Shown here piece after piece: positions 11,713-24,989 of a stretch of 64,000 nt of DNA; within the stretch, counting starts at the first letter, position 1, and every line of letters starts with the position of its first letter. The stretch comes from Eukaryota sp. GEM-RC1 (lineage: Eukaryota). The notes beneath the pieces were generated by a model. That model was not told the origin of the DNA. It did not search any database and saw only the letters and a list, made by a program, of their open reading frames with translations. A program made the position numbers and the translations under genes. The stretch covers positions 1,860,001 through 1,924,000 of the forward strand of contig JAUFOQ010000003.1 of the NCBI GenBank assembly GCA_040285855.1. The letters are read 5' to 3'.

Positions 11713-12783
11713 ATGTCCACACATGTAGAACTTATTCCTTTTCTGTCTGATGACAATCCCAAAGTTAGAGAATTGGCAATACGTGAACTTTCGTCATTTA
11801 CTACTTCTGTTGATCTCTGTTACTCTTTGGTCACACATGGAGTACTAAAACCAGTCGTATCACTCTTAGCTGACAGCGATCCCAATGTTGTACACTTTGC
11901 TATAACAATACTTATCAATATTTCCGCTGAGCAAGATCTTCTCTCTCAGTTAATCAATTCTGGTCTCGTTTCGGTTCTCATGGAGCATATAATGTCCAAC
12001 TCACAATGGCCATTCCTTCAACTTGCTCTCATGCTTCTCTCAAACCTCTCAATTTCTGAAGAAGGAAGTCAAACATTAATGCAGGAGAACTCTAATCTCG
12101 AAGGTTCTTTCATCATTAAATTGCTAGTAGAGATGGCCAAACCAGTGTCATCTGATTCCGATAAATGCTCTTTCATTCCTCAAATCATAGCCAACGTGTC
12201 ACGTCTGAGTTCCTTCAAGAATCTTATTCTGATACGGCAACCATCTCTATTGGAGTTTGTACTGGAGCAACTAACATCATCCAACATTAGAAGAAGAGGC
12301 GGATCGGTGGCAACTCTAAGAAATCTTTTATTCTCAGAAGATTGTCATTTGGAACTTCTTACCGACCCAAAAGATTTAGTTTGGAACAGTTTGAAGCGTG
12401 GACTTTCAGTTAAAAATCTTGAGAGTGATCCATATATTCTCTTGTTATTGGCTGAGTGCTTGTTTCTGTTGACTTCAACGGAAAAAGCAATGAAGATTCT
12501 AAGAGATTTTGATGTTGAGGAACTTATTAATGAGCTTATGTCTCATCTTAATGACGATAGCAATCAATTTGATGATTCTGACCGTGTTGAAGTTTGTTCG
12601 ATTCTGGAAAAGACTTTAAAAAGACTAGATGATTATAACTTTGTTGATGTTCAACTTGTTACTGACAAGGATCCTCTAGAACCTAAAAGTATACCAAAAG
12701 TTGATGTGGAGAAGCATGATTTTGAAGAAAAAGGTGGTGAAATTCCTGATGAAATGGAATCGTTCATGGCAGAATTGGAATAA
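11713..12783 (+). CDS. HGH1: HGH1 (eEF2 chaperone, ARM-repeat protein)
   Basis: ELIPFLSDDNPKVRELA N-terminus, IRRRGGSVATLRNLLF and ESDPYILLLLAECLFLLTST motifs typical of Hgh1. Confidence 0.75.
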   Translation: MSTHVELIPFLSDDNPKVRELAIRELSSFTTSVDLCYSLVTHGVLKPVVSLLADSDPNVVHFAITILINISAEQDLLSQLINSGLVSVLMEHIMSNSQWPFLQLALMLLSNLSISEEGSQTLMQENSNLEGSFIIKLLVEMAKPVSSDSDKCSFIPQIIANVSRLSSFKNLILIRQPSLLEFVLEQLTSSNIRRRGGSVATLRNLLFSEDCHLELLTDPKDLVWNSLKRGLSVKNLESDPYILLLLAECLFLLTSTEKAMKILRDFDVEELINELMSHLNDDSNQFDDSDRVEVCSILEKTLKRLDDYNFVDVQLVTDKDPLEPKSIPKVDVEKHDFEEKGGEIPDEMESFMAELE

Positions 12784-13814
12784 TTGAAATATTTATGTTT
12801 TAGATTTTTGAACTTAATTGTTTTGGAACATTTGTTGAACATTTTTTCGACAAGAATACAAATATTTTAAATTATCTTCCTTTGGTGGATCTCACAAATG
12901 TATTAGATCTTCTAAAAGGAAACAAAGAGAAACACGTTTATCCTACAACAAAAAAACGAAAAACAAGGGTTACAACCTGCAAACATAGTAGTAGAGTACC
13001 TATCAATTCGGTCCAGTGAAAAACCAGAGAGACTAAAGACCTCCAAGAGGTTGACAGTGTCATTGAATAACTACTCAAGTGACGGTACTTGAAAAGGATT
13101 TAACCCTTGAAAAGGAAAAAAAAGTTAAAAGACTTCATTTGAGTAACGAGAACAATGTTGTTGTTGAAGACTAGGACTGGTTTTAACTAAGAAGGCTCGT
13201 ACACAAAGGCACTGGAGAAGAGGATCAAGAATGACTTGGATTAGGGTTGGAAATCTGAGACTTAGAATGAATCGGACAGAAAAACGAAGCGGGAAGAAGC
13301 ATCTTTATAGCTCCAGGAGCTGGTGGTTCTTCACCTTGAACAGAAGGTTGGACTCTATTAGACGAAGAATCTGATATTGGTGGCAGTAAAAAGGACCAAT
13401 CGTGTTGATGACCTTTGATAGTATCGTAGTCACTGCAAAGTTGGGAAAAAGTATGTTCAATAAGAACCATGTAGTGGAAGAGTATTGAAAAAATTACAAC
13501 AAGAACTACAACATTGTAAATCTATCTGTTACTGATCCACTGGAAACAATGACTGTTGGAAAAACCAGATCAATGTCTCCAAATACAAGAACTGAGGTAA
13601 GCCTATTTAACGTCAAGCTCTGGGTTTTCAGAAGTAGTTACTTATGATACAAACACAAACAGTGTTACCAATGGCAGGTTTGTGAATCACGTTCCTTCAC
13701 TTGTTGATCTTATCAGTATAGGTATCATAGTAGAGTGGGAAAAAGAACTGCAAAAATGGATTTAGTTTTGAATTTAAAATTAAAATTTTATTATCTTTCC
13801 CCTACACGAACAAT

Positions 13815-15110
13815 ATGACATTTTTGGGTAAAGGACGCAAAGTTAGAGGTGCCTCTGATCAGATCGCTGAACTCTGTCGTGAGTTCCCCAATTTTTCCCG
13901 AGGAGATGTTGAGGCCGAATTCGAAGCTCATGGAGATATGCAAATCACACGGCAAAAATTGTCCCTAAGAGCTACCATTGGCGGCGGCAGAAACCAGTCC
14001 AATACTGGCTCTGCCAGACCTACTAGTCCGAGTTTTCCATCCACAACTCCCCCTTCCTCCAGTGTTGTGAACTCTCAGGACGCCTCTGTTGACAACGGAG
14101 AAGAGAGTGATGATTTTGTTGAACCTTCACCATCCTTTCAACAAAACGCCACCAATGAATTTGACGATGATTTGGATGATCCATTTGTTGAAAATCCTCC
14201 AACTGATGATTCTGGAGATGAAAGCGACACCCCCTTCGTCGATCCTCCAATTGATGAAGCTGACTTCCCTCCTGCCGATGAACATGCTGTTATCCACACT
14301 ATCTGCAGCCAGACTCTAGTCAACGGTCTATACACTGATCCTCTGTTCAGTGACGTAACTCTCATCTACTTGGACAACAGCTATCCCGTCCACCGCTCTG
14401 TTATAGCCAGTCAATCATCCCTCATGTGCTCCCTGTTCAAGGAGAATCCCTCTTGTACTGAGTTTGACCTGAAAGAACACCTTGATGTAGACCCTCAAGT
14501 CTTTGAGGGAATCATCCGATCTCTGTACGGATTTAGCTTCCAGATTGATGTTGACAACTGCTATCAAGTCTACTATGCCAGCTCCATCCTCAATATTGTG
14601 CCATTGAAGGAGAAATCCATGAAGAGCTTGATCTTGTATATAATTGATGCTGAATACTTCGTTAAGACCCTCATTGAAGCTCAAGACAGAAACAAACTAT
14701 GCCACATTGAAGAGATTCGAGCTTATTTCGCTAATACTCACCACGATGACGCTGATTTCAACCTGTACTCATCAATACAAGGAATTTGGTTGATTGAACC
14801 AAAGGTTCTGCTTCCAGAATCAATTGAAGTCTTGGCTGGCCTTGGTAGAATCAACAATGAAATTAACTATTTTGGTTTACGCTCCATTGTAGAGTCTCAT
14901 GTAGCTAACAAGGGTCAATGGACAGCTGCCTTCTTCAAGGACTTGTTGTATAAGTTTGACATTCAAAATTTAGCGAAAGCAACAATCAATGAAATTCTAT
15001 TCGAGCCTCTTGACAAAGAGTTACCAGAGGTTGCCAAGGACTTCCTCTATGATCGCATGCGTCATCTTGTTTGTGATGGTGAACCAACCAAGTTTACCAG
15101 TCGAAAGTAA
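13815..15110 (+). CDS. BTB/POZ-domain protein with N-terminal CUE/UBA-like segment and acidic linker
   Basis: FSDVTLIYLDNSYPVHRSVIASQS...VFEGIIRSLY is a BTB signature. The N-terminal LCREFPNFSRGDVEAEF is CUE-like. Confidence 0.75.
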   Translation: MTFLGKGRKVRGASDQIAELCREFPNFSRGDVEAEFEAHGDMQITRQKLSLRATIGGGRNQSNTGSARPTSPSFPSTTPPSSSVVNSQDASVDNGEESDDFVEPSPSFQQNATNEFDDDLDDPFVENPPTDDSGDESDTPFVDPPIDEADFPPADEHAVIHTICSQTLVNGLYTDPLFSDVTLIYLDNSYPVHRSVIASQSSLMCSLFKENPSCTEFDLKEHLDVDPQVFEGIIRSLYGFSFQIDVDNCYQVYYASSILNIVPLKEKSMKSLILYIIDAEYFVKTLIEAQDRNKLCHIEEIRAYFANTHHDDADFNLYSSIQGIWLIEPKVLLPESIEVLAGLGRINNEINYFGLRSIVESHVANKGQWTAAFFKDLLYKFDIQNLAKATINEILFEPLDKELPEVAKDFLYDRMRHLVCDGEPTKFTSRK

Positions 15111-15320
15111 AGTGTTTTGTATTAGATATTGTATTATTGGTGATATAAATCATAAATCGTTAAAAAACGTTCGATACTGTATTGCTTCAATCTTGGACCA
15201 ACAGTACCTCACGTCATCAATTTGATTTTTGTACAGACCTGACATGTTACAGTCTGATAATCACGATCGTGAATTCTGTTTGAACCATTTTGTAAACTGG
15301 TTTATTTCTATATACAATGA

Positions 15321-18300
15321 CTACTTCTTCCCTAACAAATCTTGTAGAACTTCCTCAATAACAATTGAAGCAATTTCTTCACTTGGGAAGGTAGCAACAA
15401 ATGACTTCCCTCTATTTTCCTTTGAAGTGAAAATCAATCGCGTATGATCATGAGAGAATGAAGCGACTTCATTCACGTGAAGTTTCCACACCAACTTCAT
15501 TTTCTCTCCTTCAAACAACATCAAATGCTTAGAAGTGACCATGAAATCACCCTCAACAGTAGCGTAAGTTTCAACTACGTCATGCTTGGAATACTTTCCA
15601 CTTTGCAAATCCCAGAGCACTGACTGTTTAAAAGACTGTTCTTGACTAAATGGTAGTAGAGGTTGCTTCTTTCTAGTCCATCTAGGAGTTCTAATGGTAC
15701 AAATATGGCGGAATTCAACTGTTTGTTTAAGTCCTTCAGATACACTGGAAGCAAAACCAGCTACTCCAGCTACAGGTTTACTAACAACACCTACCAAACC
15801 TTTACCAAATCCCTTCATGGCACCACCAAAACCACCGTTCTTGGCCCCAGATATAGGCTGACGGACAATACCAGACACACCAGACCAAATACCACGACCA
15901 AGACTATTGGTACCTTGTAGGAAACCTTCCCCAACGTGTTGAGGCTTAGCACGTGACTGCTTACGTACAAAGTCATCATCCATTGAAAGACCAGCGGAAA
16001 GTCTTGAGATTGAACCAGTTAAACTTGAAACGACTCCAAAGGCTCCCTGCCAAGTATGTTTAGCTACACTTCCTACACCCGTACCAATCCCTTCTACTGT
16101 TTTCAATGGAGAATGTGATAAGAAACCTTGATATGGCTCATAATACAAGTCCTTTAGTCCAGTACCCAAGTGATTGAACAACGAGTATGGAGCGCCAATT
16201 GCATCAGTAGCTCCAACTACCTTATAAGCCTCACGAAGACCAGCTTGCATGTAGTGATTAGTGAAACGTTGGATAATGATTGAAGGAATCTCAAAGACAA
16301 AGGACAAATGAAGGGAAGGGAATTTAAGGTTGACTTGAGAAAGAGAACCTAGGGTGGAGAGGAAGGCTCGGCCAATTTTAGGACCAGACCCGAGTAACAA
16401 AGGAGTAAGATCTGTCGTTATTGAGATCTTTAATGGTTCTAGTTCAAGTTTAGCAATGTAGATTCGAGACATTTTACCAGAGTTAATTGGAGGTTCTTGA
16501 GGTTCCAAAAAGGCAGCCAATGTAGTAGCGTCAGTAATTAGAGGCGGTGGAGTAAACATTTCAATGAATTCGGCACTTGCAAGCATTTTAAAAGAATTAA
16601 TAAACTTAACAATGAATCGATCAGATACGTTGAGAGTCATTGGCTGGATCAATAATCCCACGTAATCAAAGCAGAGTACACCTTCATGACTTCCATTGAT
16701 CTGTAAACGTAACTGGAACGCAGCGTTAGATTCACATGGAGAAATACCAAAAACAATCGGGTAAATGGCATCAACGTTTTGATCCAAAAGTTGAATATTG
16801 TCGACAATCATTTCTATTGCTGTAACAGAGTCTGCCGTGTCAGCATTGATTGAGAGCCCACGGAATCCAAAGTAAGCAATTTCTCTGGGATATGAAGAGA
16901 CAAAGGAGATACCAAATGCAGGAATTGTGAACTCAACGGAAATAGCCACAGTTGAAGTCCTTGATCCTTGGGAAACGAGATCGTCAGCAACTGTGAGCTG
17001 GCATTTAGCCATTCGTGATAGTAAGGCCTGGCCGTCATCAGAGCAAAGATCGTAAATAGAGATCACTCGAGTTGGTCCATCAGTATCAACATAGGCAATG
17101 ATAGTATTACCAGACTTTGGTTTGAATACTCCTAACCTATTCTTATGAATAGTAATGATATCCCGAGAATGAAGATCGAATAGTTGAAGAGTCTCGGTAG
17201 CAGTAGGAACTGGGAAAGCAAAAGGAGTCTCCTCATTAGGAGTTAAGACAACATTGAATGACGAGGAGGATAGTAGAGATGAACAGTGCTTCACAAGGCT
17301 GTCGTAAGCTGAGAATTTAGAAACTTGTCGGACTTCGATTGAGCCAGATGTATAATTGAATATTTTAACAGGAGGATGCTGTCGATTTGCCTCATTGATT
17401 GTGATGTAGAATTGAGCTCCAACAGGGTCAACTTCGACGTTTACAAAGAGACAATCGTCATCTCTGTTAGTAGGGATCAGCTGTAGACAGAACTCGGCAG
17501 CTTCCATAATAGAGAATGGGGCAGTTGGTTTATAACCCTCTGCAGTCACAGTCACGTGACCTTTAACTTCGTCGGGAAGATTCTTGTGGAGAAGAGCAGT
17601 ACTGGGATTGAGAGCTGAAGAAGTGAGAGGTTCAATTTTGGTATCAGTAGTAATAATCTTGTTTGAAGCGACATTGATTGCAATAGCAGTATCAGCTAAT
17701 TGATTTCTAAATACAAATCGGTCATAAATACCACACAGAATACCCTTGAGAGCACAATTTCCCTAAACACGTCAACTTCGCCAACAGAAGGCTTTACTCC
17801 TTGTACGAAGGACTGGCCAATCATTGTTTTGGAAGTTGGTGACGTGGCGACAAAGTGGTAAACGTCAGATCCATCAGAAACAGCAAACTCCACAGAGGAA
17901 CTAGGTAGAGGAGAGAAAACAGAAGAGAGGTTCGACCCAGGGACTCCCGCCTGCACCTTGGGCATAGCATCACTCTTAGAAACTAGAGTTTCAGCCAAAG
18001 AAGAAGGAGAGAATAAGATGGGAAGGGAAGAAGATCGAGCTGAAAGCACCGGGGTCTTCTTGAGCTTAGTGTTTGACGGGAAGATGGTAAGAAGATTAGA
18101 GGAATGATTGGAAAGGAGAAGGGGACCCAGAAAGTAACAGTTGTGGGAGAAAATTTAGAATTTTGAGAGGTGTTACACGCTAAATGCTCGAGTACAGATG
18201 TCTCATAAAGTAAAACAGTGTCGCAACCCACTCCAGCTCCATCAGTTGCATCTGATTGAGTGTACGGAAGAGGCAAGTAGTCAAGAGAAGTCTTCTTCTT

Positions 18301-21300
18301 TTTAGGACCGAAGATACAGTGTAGATGAGAACAACCCAAAACACTAGTTTCAACTTGAACTGCAGAGTAAAGTGACTGGGATGGGTCAAAATGATAGATT
18401 GCATGACGTGATAAAGGCTCAAGTCTCAAACTGATACAACTCTTAGGTCCACAATACTCTTCTGGTTTATGAGATAATTCAACTGTTAAAGGATAGGGAA
18501 GGGCATTGGAAAGAGAAACCAGAGGTAACAAATTGATGAAGTTTCCCTTTTCTGATGTCTCAATAGCATAGGAATGGGTGCAGCAAACGTTGAAGTAGTC
18601 AGTGAAAGGACCTGAGAAGGATTCAGGGGAGAGATCACTGGCACGTAAGCAGTGAGCGATTGATGACGTGGTGATTGGGAGTGATTGAGATAGATCATAG
18701 TCATCGCCAATCAATGACAAGTTCCAAGTTTGTTGGTTTTCCAAAACAGGAAAGTGACACGTGTCATTACGTTTACACAACAATCGTGTTTTCGAGGTAG
18801 GGAACAAGTAGAAATCACGATCAGTTCGATTTCTGACCGAAGTAGATCCAGAAACAGTAACAAAAACACTTCTATTACGTGTTTCTACTGATACTAGAAC
18901 TTCTCCAAAAGACGTGGAAATAACACAATAACGGTCAGAATCAGCGTATTCAAAGGTGGAAATAACTAAAGAGTTTAGAGAAAGTTCAATAGGAGTTGTT
19001 GAATTAACTGAAAGTCCTCGTCTACAATTGTGATCAATGATAGTCGTGATTGCGTCGCCGATTGTAGACGTCACACCACCAACTTCATCAGTTGGTACAT
19101 GGGATCGTACAGTCAACGGCCATCCAGTATAGTTAACAATCCAAACTGGAGCGAAATCCTGAGGCATTGATGACGTCAGCACTCGTTCGGATAACACGCG
19201 TGTTGACATCATCAATGGGATAATTGAGGAAAGTGTCTTCAGAGCTTCTGCTGAGACAGTGATCTCAACTCCCTTTTGGATTTGGAAAGAAGCCATGATT
19301 GTCGACGAATTACTGGTCTCAGAGACAATACAAACAGATGATGCCAGACCGAAAGGTTCAATAAACGTATCATAGTTATTAACAGAATCATTCCAAAGCC
19401 AAGAGTCAAATATAAACTCTAAAACAACGTTCTTAGAATTGTTCTTCATCACCACTTGAGTAGACACATCCTTTAAAGAACACCTCATAAGGGGTAACCC
19501 GACAGAAGATGAAGAATCGTCCAAGAGAACTAGAGAAAGAGAGGGAAGGGTGAAGGAAAAGTCGATCGTCATAAATGATGGAGTGGAATCAGAGGTTTGA
19601 TTGGAGTCTGATGTGATTGCTTGAGAGTCGGATTCAGACTGTTGTGGAAGTCGTGATTGATGATCCGCAAGACAAGAAAGGAAAGAGTTGACAATGAACA
19701 TGGAAAGTCGAATATCAACATATGTAATATTCAATAGAATTGGCTGGAAGTTCACAGTACTGGTAATCTTGGTCTCATGGTCAACATACGAGTATTCGGT
19801 ACAAGAGAAAAGATAGATTCCAGTCATTAGAGTCCTAATTACACCTTCTGTAGGAGAAGATCGGTTTAAAAGACAAGAAAGATGCGTTGGGATGGCATTG
19901 TCGTTGTTGGAGTGAAGTTCAAAAATGAGAGCGTCTAATGAATCTAAAGAGAATATCACCTTGACAGACAAAGGGTTGAGTCCGAGTTTAATGGTAGCAG
20001 TAGGAACAAGGGAAAGTGCGGCGGCTGATGTAATTGATTGAGTGTCACGAGTAGAGCTCAAATGCTGACAATCAGGAAGTATCATGTCCAATCTTCCTTT
20101 AACACTAATCGTAACACTTTCAATGAACGGTGTGGTAATGGTCTGTGACTGATTGGGATCAGATTGATCAGAAGAAACGTGACCGACCCCCACCAGATCC
20201 TCAACTTCCTCAACTGATGGTGTTTGAGTCTGTGCTGCCATTGAAGAGAGAGCGTCAGTTGCAAACAGCATACAATCTACTAAAAAGTCTGGAACTGCCA
20301 CGACATAGAAACCAGCAAGGTTAATACTAACATTCATGTCTTTGTCCTCTAATTCTGAAGTTAATACAAAAGCACTCGAATCAGAGGAGTAGTCTTGGAC
20401 TGAGAGAACTTTACGATAGCAAGGGAAAGCGATTGAGCGACAATCAAGAATAGAAATTGATTGCAATCGGAATGTGGTAGCCATCACGTCTCCTCCTTCG
20501 GTGTAATTGTGATACTTTCCAAAAACAGACATATCATCTAAAACAAACTTACAAAGAGAATTACCTTGAGTACCTTGTTCCAAAGCAATTGTCCACTTCT
20601 TAATCTCAAAGTTGAACTTTGCAGAAATGAAGGAAGAAGGAGCATTGGAAGAAGAAGAAAGTTCAGTATTCTCAGTAGGGTTTGATTGAGCTTCAACCGA
20701 CTCAGAAGGAAGTTGACCCTCTTCGCAACCTGATTGAGCACTGGAGAGATAGGATAAGTTGTAGTTTAAGGCTGACATTCCAATCATCAAATCTGATTGG
20801 TCCAAAATCATGACGAGTCCTTGATCAGTACCACTACCTAACTGAATGTCTGCGCCCACTGCCATTAAGCTTCCAGACTCAATCTGAGGAGAAGCTAAAG
20901 CAACAGTAACACTGAGATCAGCTTGTTTGAACACAGATGAAGCAATGGTTATGTCGAATTTGGAAAGTGAAAGATGGAGGAAATTGTAGTTGTTATGAGT
21001 AAGAGCTACAGGGGATTCAGGGAAATATTTAAAATCTTCTTGTTTGAAAGGAGAATAATCGTTAGTTTTCAACTGGAAATTGCCAATTTCGACATCTACA
21101 CAATCAGGTGATTCCAATTCTCTAGGCAAAACCACGTGGAAGTTTGAAATCACTAAGTTAATATTAGGGATCACCATTTCATGTGATTGGTTACTTTCCG
21201 ATTTTGGTTCAGGTTGAGCTGAAGTTGATTCCGGTTGAACTCCAGTGCCTAGATATTTGTTGACCTCACAGCTAAGCCGATTGGTGTAATCAAGGAGAGC

Positions 21301-24300
21301 AGCAAGGAACGGTCCCATAAATAAAGCACGAATATTTGAAAAATCAACATCAACTATTGACTTTTTCAAATCTTGGTACAACCACATTTTAAAAGACAGA
21401 ATATGATCAGATTCTTGAACCAGAGATTTTAACATATATGGATAACAATTAGACAAAGGGTTACTCACAGATATTGAGTTCAGAGTGGAAGCAACATGTA
21501 ACAACTCACTAGCCATTAGAACATGAACGGATAAAGAGGAAACTTCAATTGTGGAGTAGAAGAGGTGGTCGACACTAGAGGAATCCGAGTGGAATCGTTC
21601 TAAAACAAGCTCGAACTTACCGAGATCAAAATTGATTGACATTTTGGGTTTGATTGAAGTGGTTGCTTCTGATGGTGCAGCGACTACTTGTTCATCAGCA
21701 CTTTCCTCTTCTGTAGTGAGTTCAGCTGCAGCTGGATCACCAGCAAGAGGTTCTAACAGCTTGCTGACGTTTGCATTAATGCGATTGAGTTCTCCTATAT
21801 AGCTCAAAATAAGAGGTGGGTCAAAATACACGTGGACATTCGCCATTTTCGCTGTCAAGGCCATAGAAAGTGGACCATTCTCCTCATCTTCATTATAACT
21901 AGGGTGTCCGACTTGATACTGAACTCCAGAAGCTACCAGGGCATGATTACCCTCACTCTTAAACTCGGTTTTACTTGCGTGAACAGGTGCCAAGGAGGGA
22001 AGAGTTCCAGTGACAGACAGCAGGGTTCTAGGTGAGTGATTGTGGTCAGATTTGTTGATGATTGAGATACTCGACAGAGAAGCAGAGAACGCCAGGTCTT
22101 TGCGTCGGATGATGGTAGTCGCAGTGACGTGGCTGAGGTCAAAATCAAGGATTGGACGATCAGTCCAAAACTCAACACGTATTCCATCAAAAGAAAAGTT
22201 GATTGTAGACAAGGCTTGTTCTAAAACTAATGACGTGGTCGTGGTGACAGAAGCTTCCTGTCCATGGTCTTCCTCTGAAGATGACGTGTACAGCACAGTA
22301 GCCTCATCATGGGAAATGTCAACAGAGTAAGTTGGAGCAGGGGATTGAGGAGGTGGGGGACTATCTGGCGTGATTGATTGTTGAATGACTGTGAGGAGTG
22401 ATAGAATGTCGTAGATGACCTCTTCTTTGATTGTGATTTCAATGGGGGTCATATTGAGATCAATGATTGACAGAGGGTTGAATATGTCTTGTTTTGATAT
22501 ATTAGCCTTAACTGAACCATTAATCCCAAGTCCTTGAAACAAGGTAAACTCTTCCTTGTACTTTACAAGACTGGTTGACATGTTAGAGAAGCCGAGGATG
22601 ATAGAGTCGTAAGCAGCTGCAACTCCCGATACTAAGGAGTTTCTAGACTCCACTTTAGGGTCAATTGTAACAGCGAGTTTACCTAGAACCAGTTTTAAAC
22701 CATCCATGGCGTCATAATCAACAAATGAAGTGTCGTAGAGTCTATAAGGAACGTGAATGATTGGTGAGGCTAAGTTCAACTCAACTTCCAAAGCTGATCG
22801 ATTATCCACCGCAGACTGTACTCCCGCAATGGTCCTACTCTTAATATCTTCAAAGGCACTGTAGAAGGCTTCCCCTACAATGACAATGTCAGCTTGAGAA
22901 GGGGGTGAGAACTGAGAAGCTAGAGTGAGGAGGGTGGGGAGATCAGCAATGATGGAGAGGGGTTGGAGGGAGCAGGAAACAGACATGTCTACCCCGGGTT
23001 TATCCTGGGGTGTTAAATCCAAGTGAAATTTGAATAATTGCTTGGAGCTTTTGATTCCAGGGTCTTTTGCTACAATTGTTTGGTAGCACTCAGTGTTTTG
23101 AGGCGCTTGAACAGTCAAGTTTTGTAACTTAGTCATAAAAGACATTGATCCAGTTCTCATGGACAGTCCAGATACCATTGAGATCAAATTAAGATTCAAT
23201 AAAGACTGGTCATGTTCATTGAGAAGGTTTAAAGTGATTGAATTGAAAACAATCTGGACACGTGTATGGATATACGTGGGTGGAACGTCAGCCAATCCAA
23301 GAGTATCAGTGATTGACTCGCTGATTTCAAGAGAATTTAAAATTTCTTCTTGCTCCTCTGTTGATAGCAAAGCTTGTTTATGATCCTTGCGTTCCTTTCT
23401 AGACAAACTTCCTGAAGGATGCTCAGCTTCTCTTTTTGAATCTGAACTGCTAAGGCCCGATCAGCTTTTGTTCTAAGATAGAGAATGTCATCAACTGGTA
23501 ACAACTTCTCAATGGACTTCATTCTCTCCTTGTCCTTACTTGTCAGGGATGGTAAAAGGACACTTCACGAGATCGTTGGAACAAAGGAATGTACTCTACG
23601 CCAAGAGTTTTTCTTCTGACAACAGCGGAAAACGAGCGGTTTCTCCTGCGCTTCCTAATATCTTCTCTCGTGACATTGATTGCATACAACCACCAACTTC
23701 TAGGAGACCGTTTGACAGAAACTCCTGGTCTTAGATGAACATGTTCAGTCATTTTCCCAAAGCGAGAGAGACCGTCGAGCAATGAGTAGACACGTTTCAT
23801 TTGGAGTAGAAGAAAGAGAAACATCTAAAGAAGGAGATTCAGTATCATCAAGAGCTAGACGAATATCAGCTTTAGGCTTAGTCCAACCATCGTCTTTGCC
23901 TGCATCTTTGCATATAGCTAATTTGAGACTGAAATGAGTGGGAGAAAAGATCCAGGAATGAGTTGAGTTCAACAGCTGAGATTTGAGTCTATTGAAGACA
24001 GCAGGATTTTTCAAGTTGTCAGGTGCTGTCATCTGATGACTAGCTGCCAGCTCATCACAGTACACAGATAGACCTTCTACTTGAACTAATTTGAAGAGAC
24101 GTTCGAGGGAAGAAGATAAAGTTGCAGCTTTCCAGTCTTCTCCAGCACTGATGACTGTTAAGCCTCTAAGGATAAATCCAAGTGAGTAAGGATCACCAAA
24201 GTTAGGAGATGGGTCTTCAAAGCGGATGTGGAGGTTATGGAAGTTTACTTGAATGTTGGCCACGATTGTAGCTGCAAGAGAGGCAATACGGCCAGGAGAC

Positions 24301-24719
24301 TTTGCTTTTCCTTCATCAGCAGCATCAATGGCGTCAGATCGAGACTTTTCATACAGATCCAATTTTTCTTGCTTTTCTTGTTCCAGATCGGCAGTGGCTT
24401 TTGATGCTGCATTCTCACCAAATTCGATTGAGCTTTTGGGCGAGAGAAGTAGAAAAACATCAGAGATATCAACTACCACAGGTTTTGATTTAAGCTTTGT
24501 CCATGACACTTTTATGTCTAACTTGCCTAGGACTCCACGCCTGACAGCAAAGAAGGGATGAAGATCAGAGAAAGCATCAGGTTTGATAGAGAGATTAGAA
24601 AGAGCGATGTTTCCAGAAAAGACAGACATCTTCAAACTATCTTTATCCAGACCCTCGACATAGTTACCGAGGTACTTATCAATAAGATGGCGAGTGACAT
24701 CTCGAAGAACAGAGGTCAT
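15321..24719 (-). CDS. VPS13: VPS13 lipid-transfer protein, ~3130 aa, broken into 6 ORFs by 5 single-base frameshifts
   Basis: Chorein-N start (YLGNYVEGLDKDSLKMSVFSGNIALSNL...NIQVNFHNLHIRFED), PRSWWLYAI motif, and the C-terminal Gly-rich ATG2_C-like region plus PH-like end. Frames rejoin with +/-1 nt at ~23805, ~23555, ~23435, ~18120 and ~17762. No introns are needed. Confidence 0.92.
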
Positions 24720-24989
24720 TCAATTGGGTCGAATTTTAGTGTTAGTAACAAATTGGAAGGTCTTCTGTTTTCAGGCTTCAGTGATGACGTGTCCTGTATA
24801 CAAGATTCTCTTAATCATAGTCTCTATTAAACTTTGGACATAAGTAGAAGATTGAGCTCAGAAAACGAAAGGTAACACTTGATTTAAGATGGAGATATCA
24901 AATTGTAGGTACATGTAGTTTATAGAAAAAACAGAAAAATAGGTATTGATGATGACGGCACTTGTACATTTATCAGTAGACAAATCACA

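Noticed and set aside
12990..13730. Possible small minus-strand membrane-protein gene including ORF 13225-13470
   Set aside because: There is a hydrophobic stretch upstream of the ORF, but no consistent exon structure or family motif could be built.
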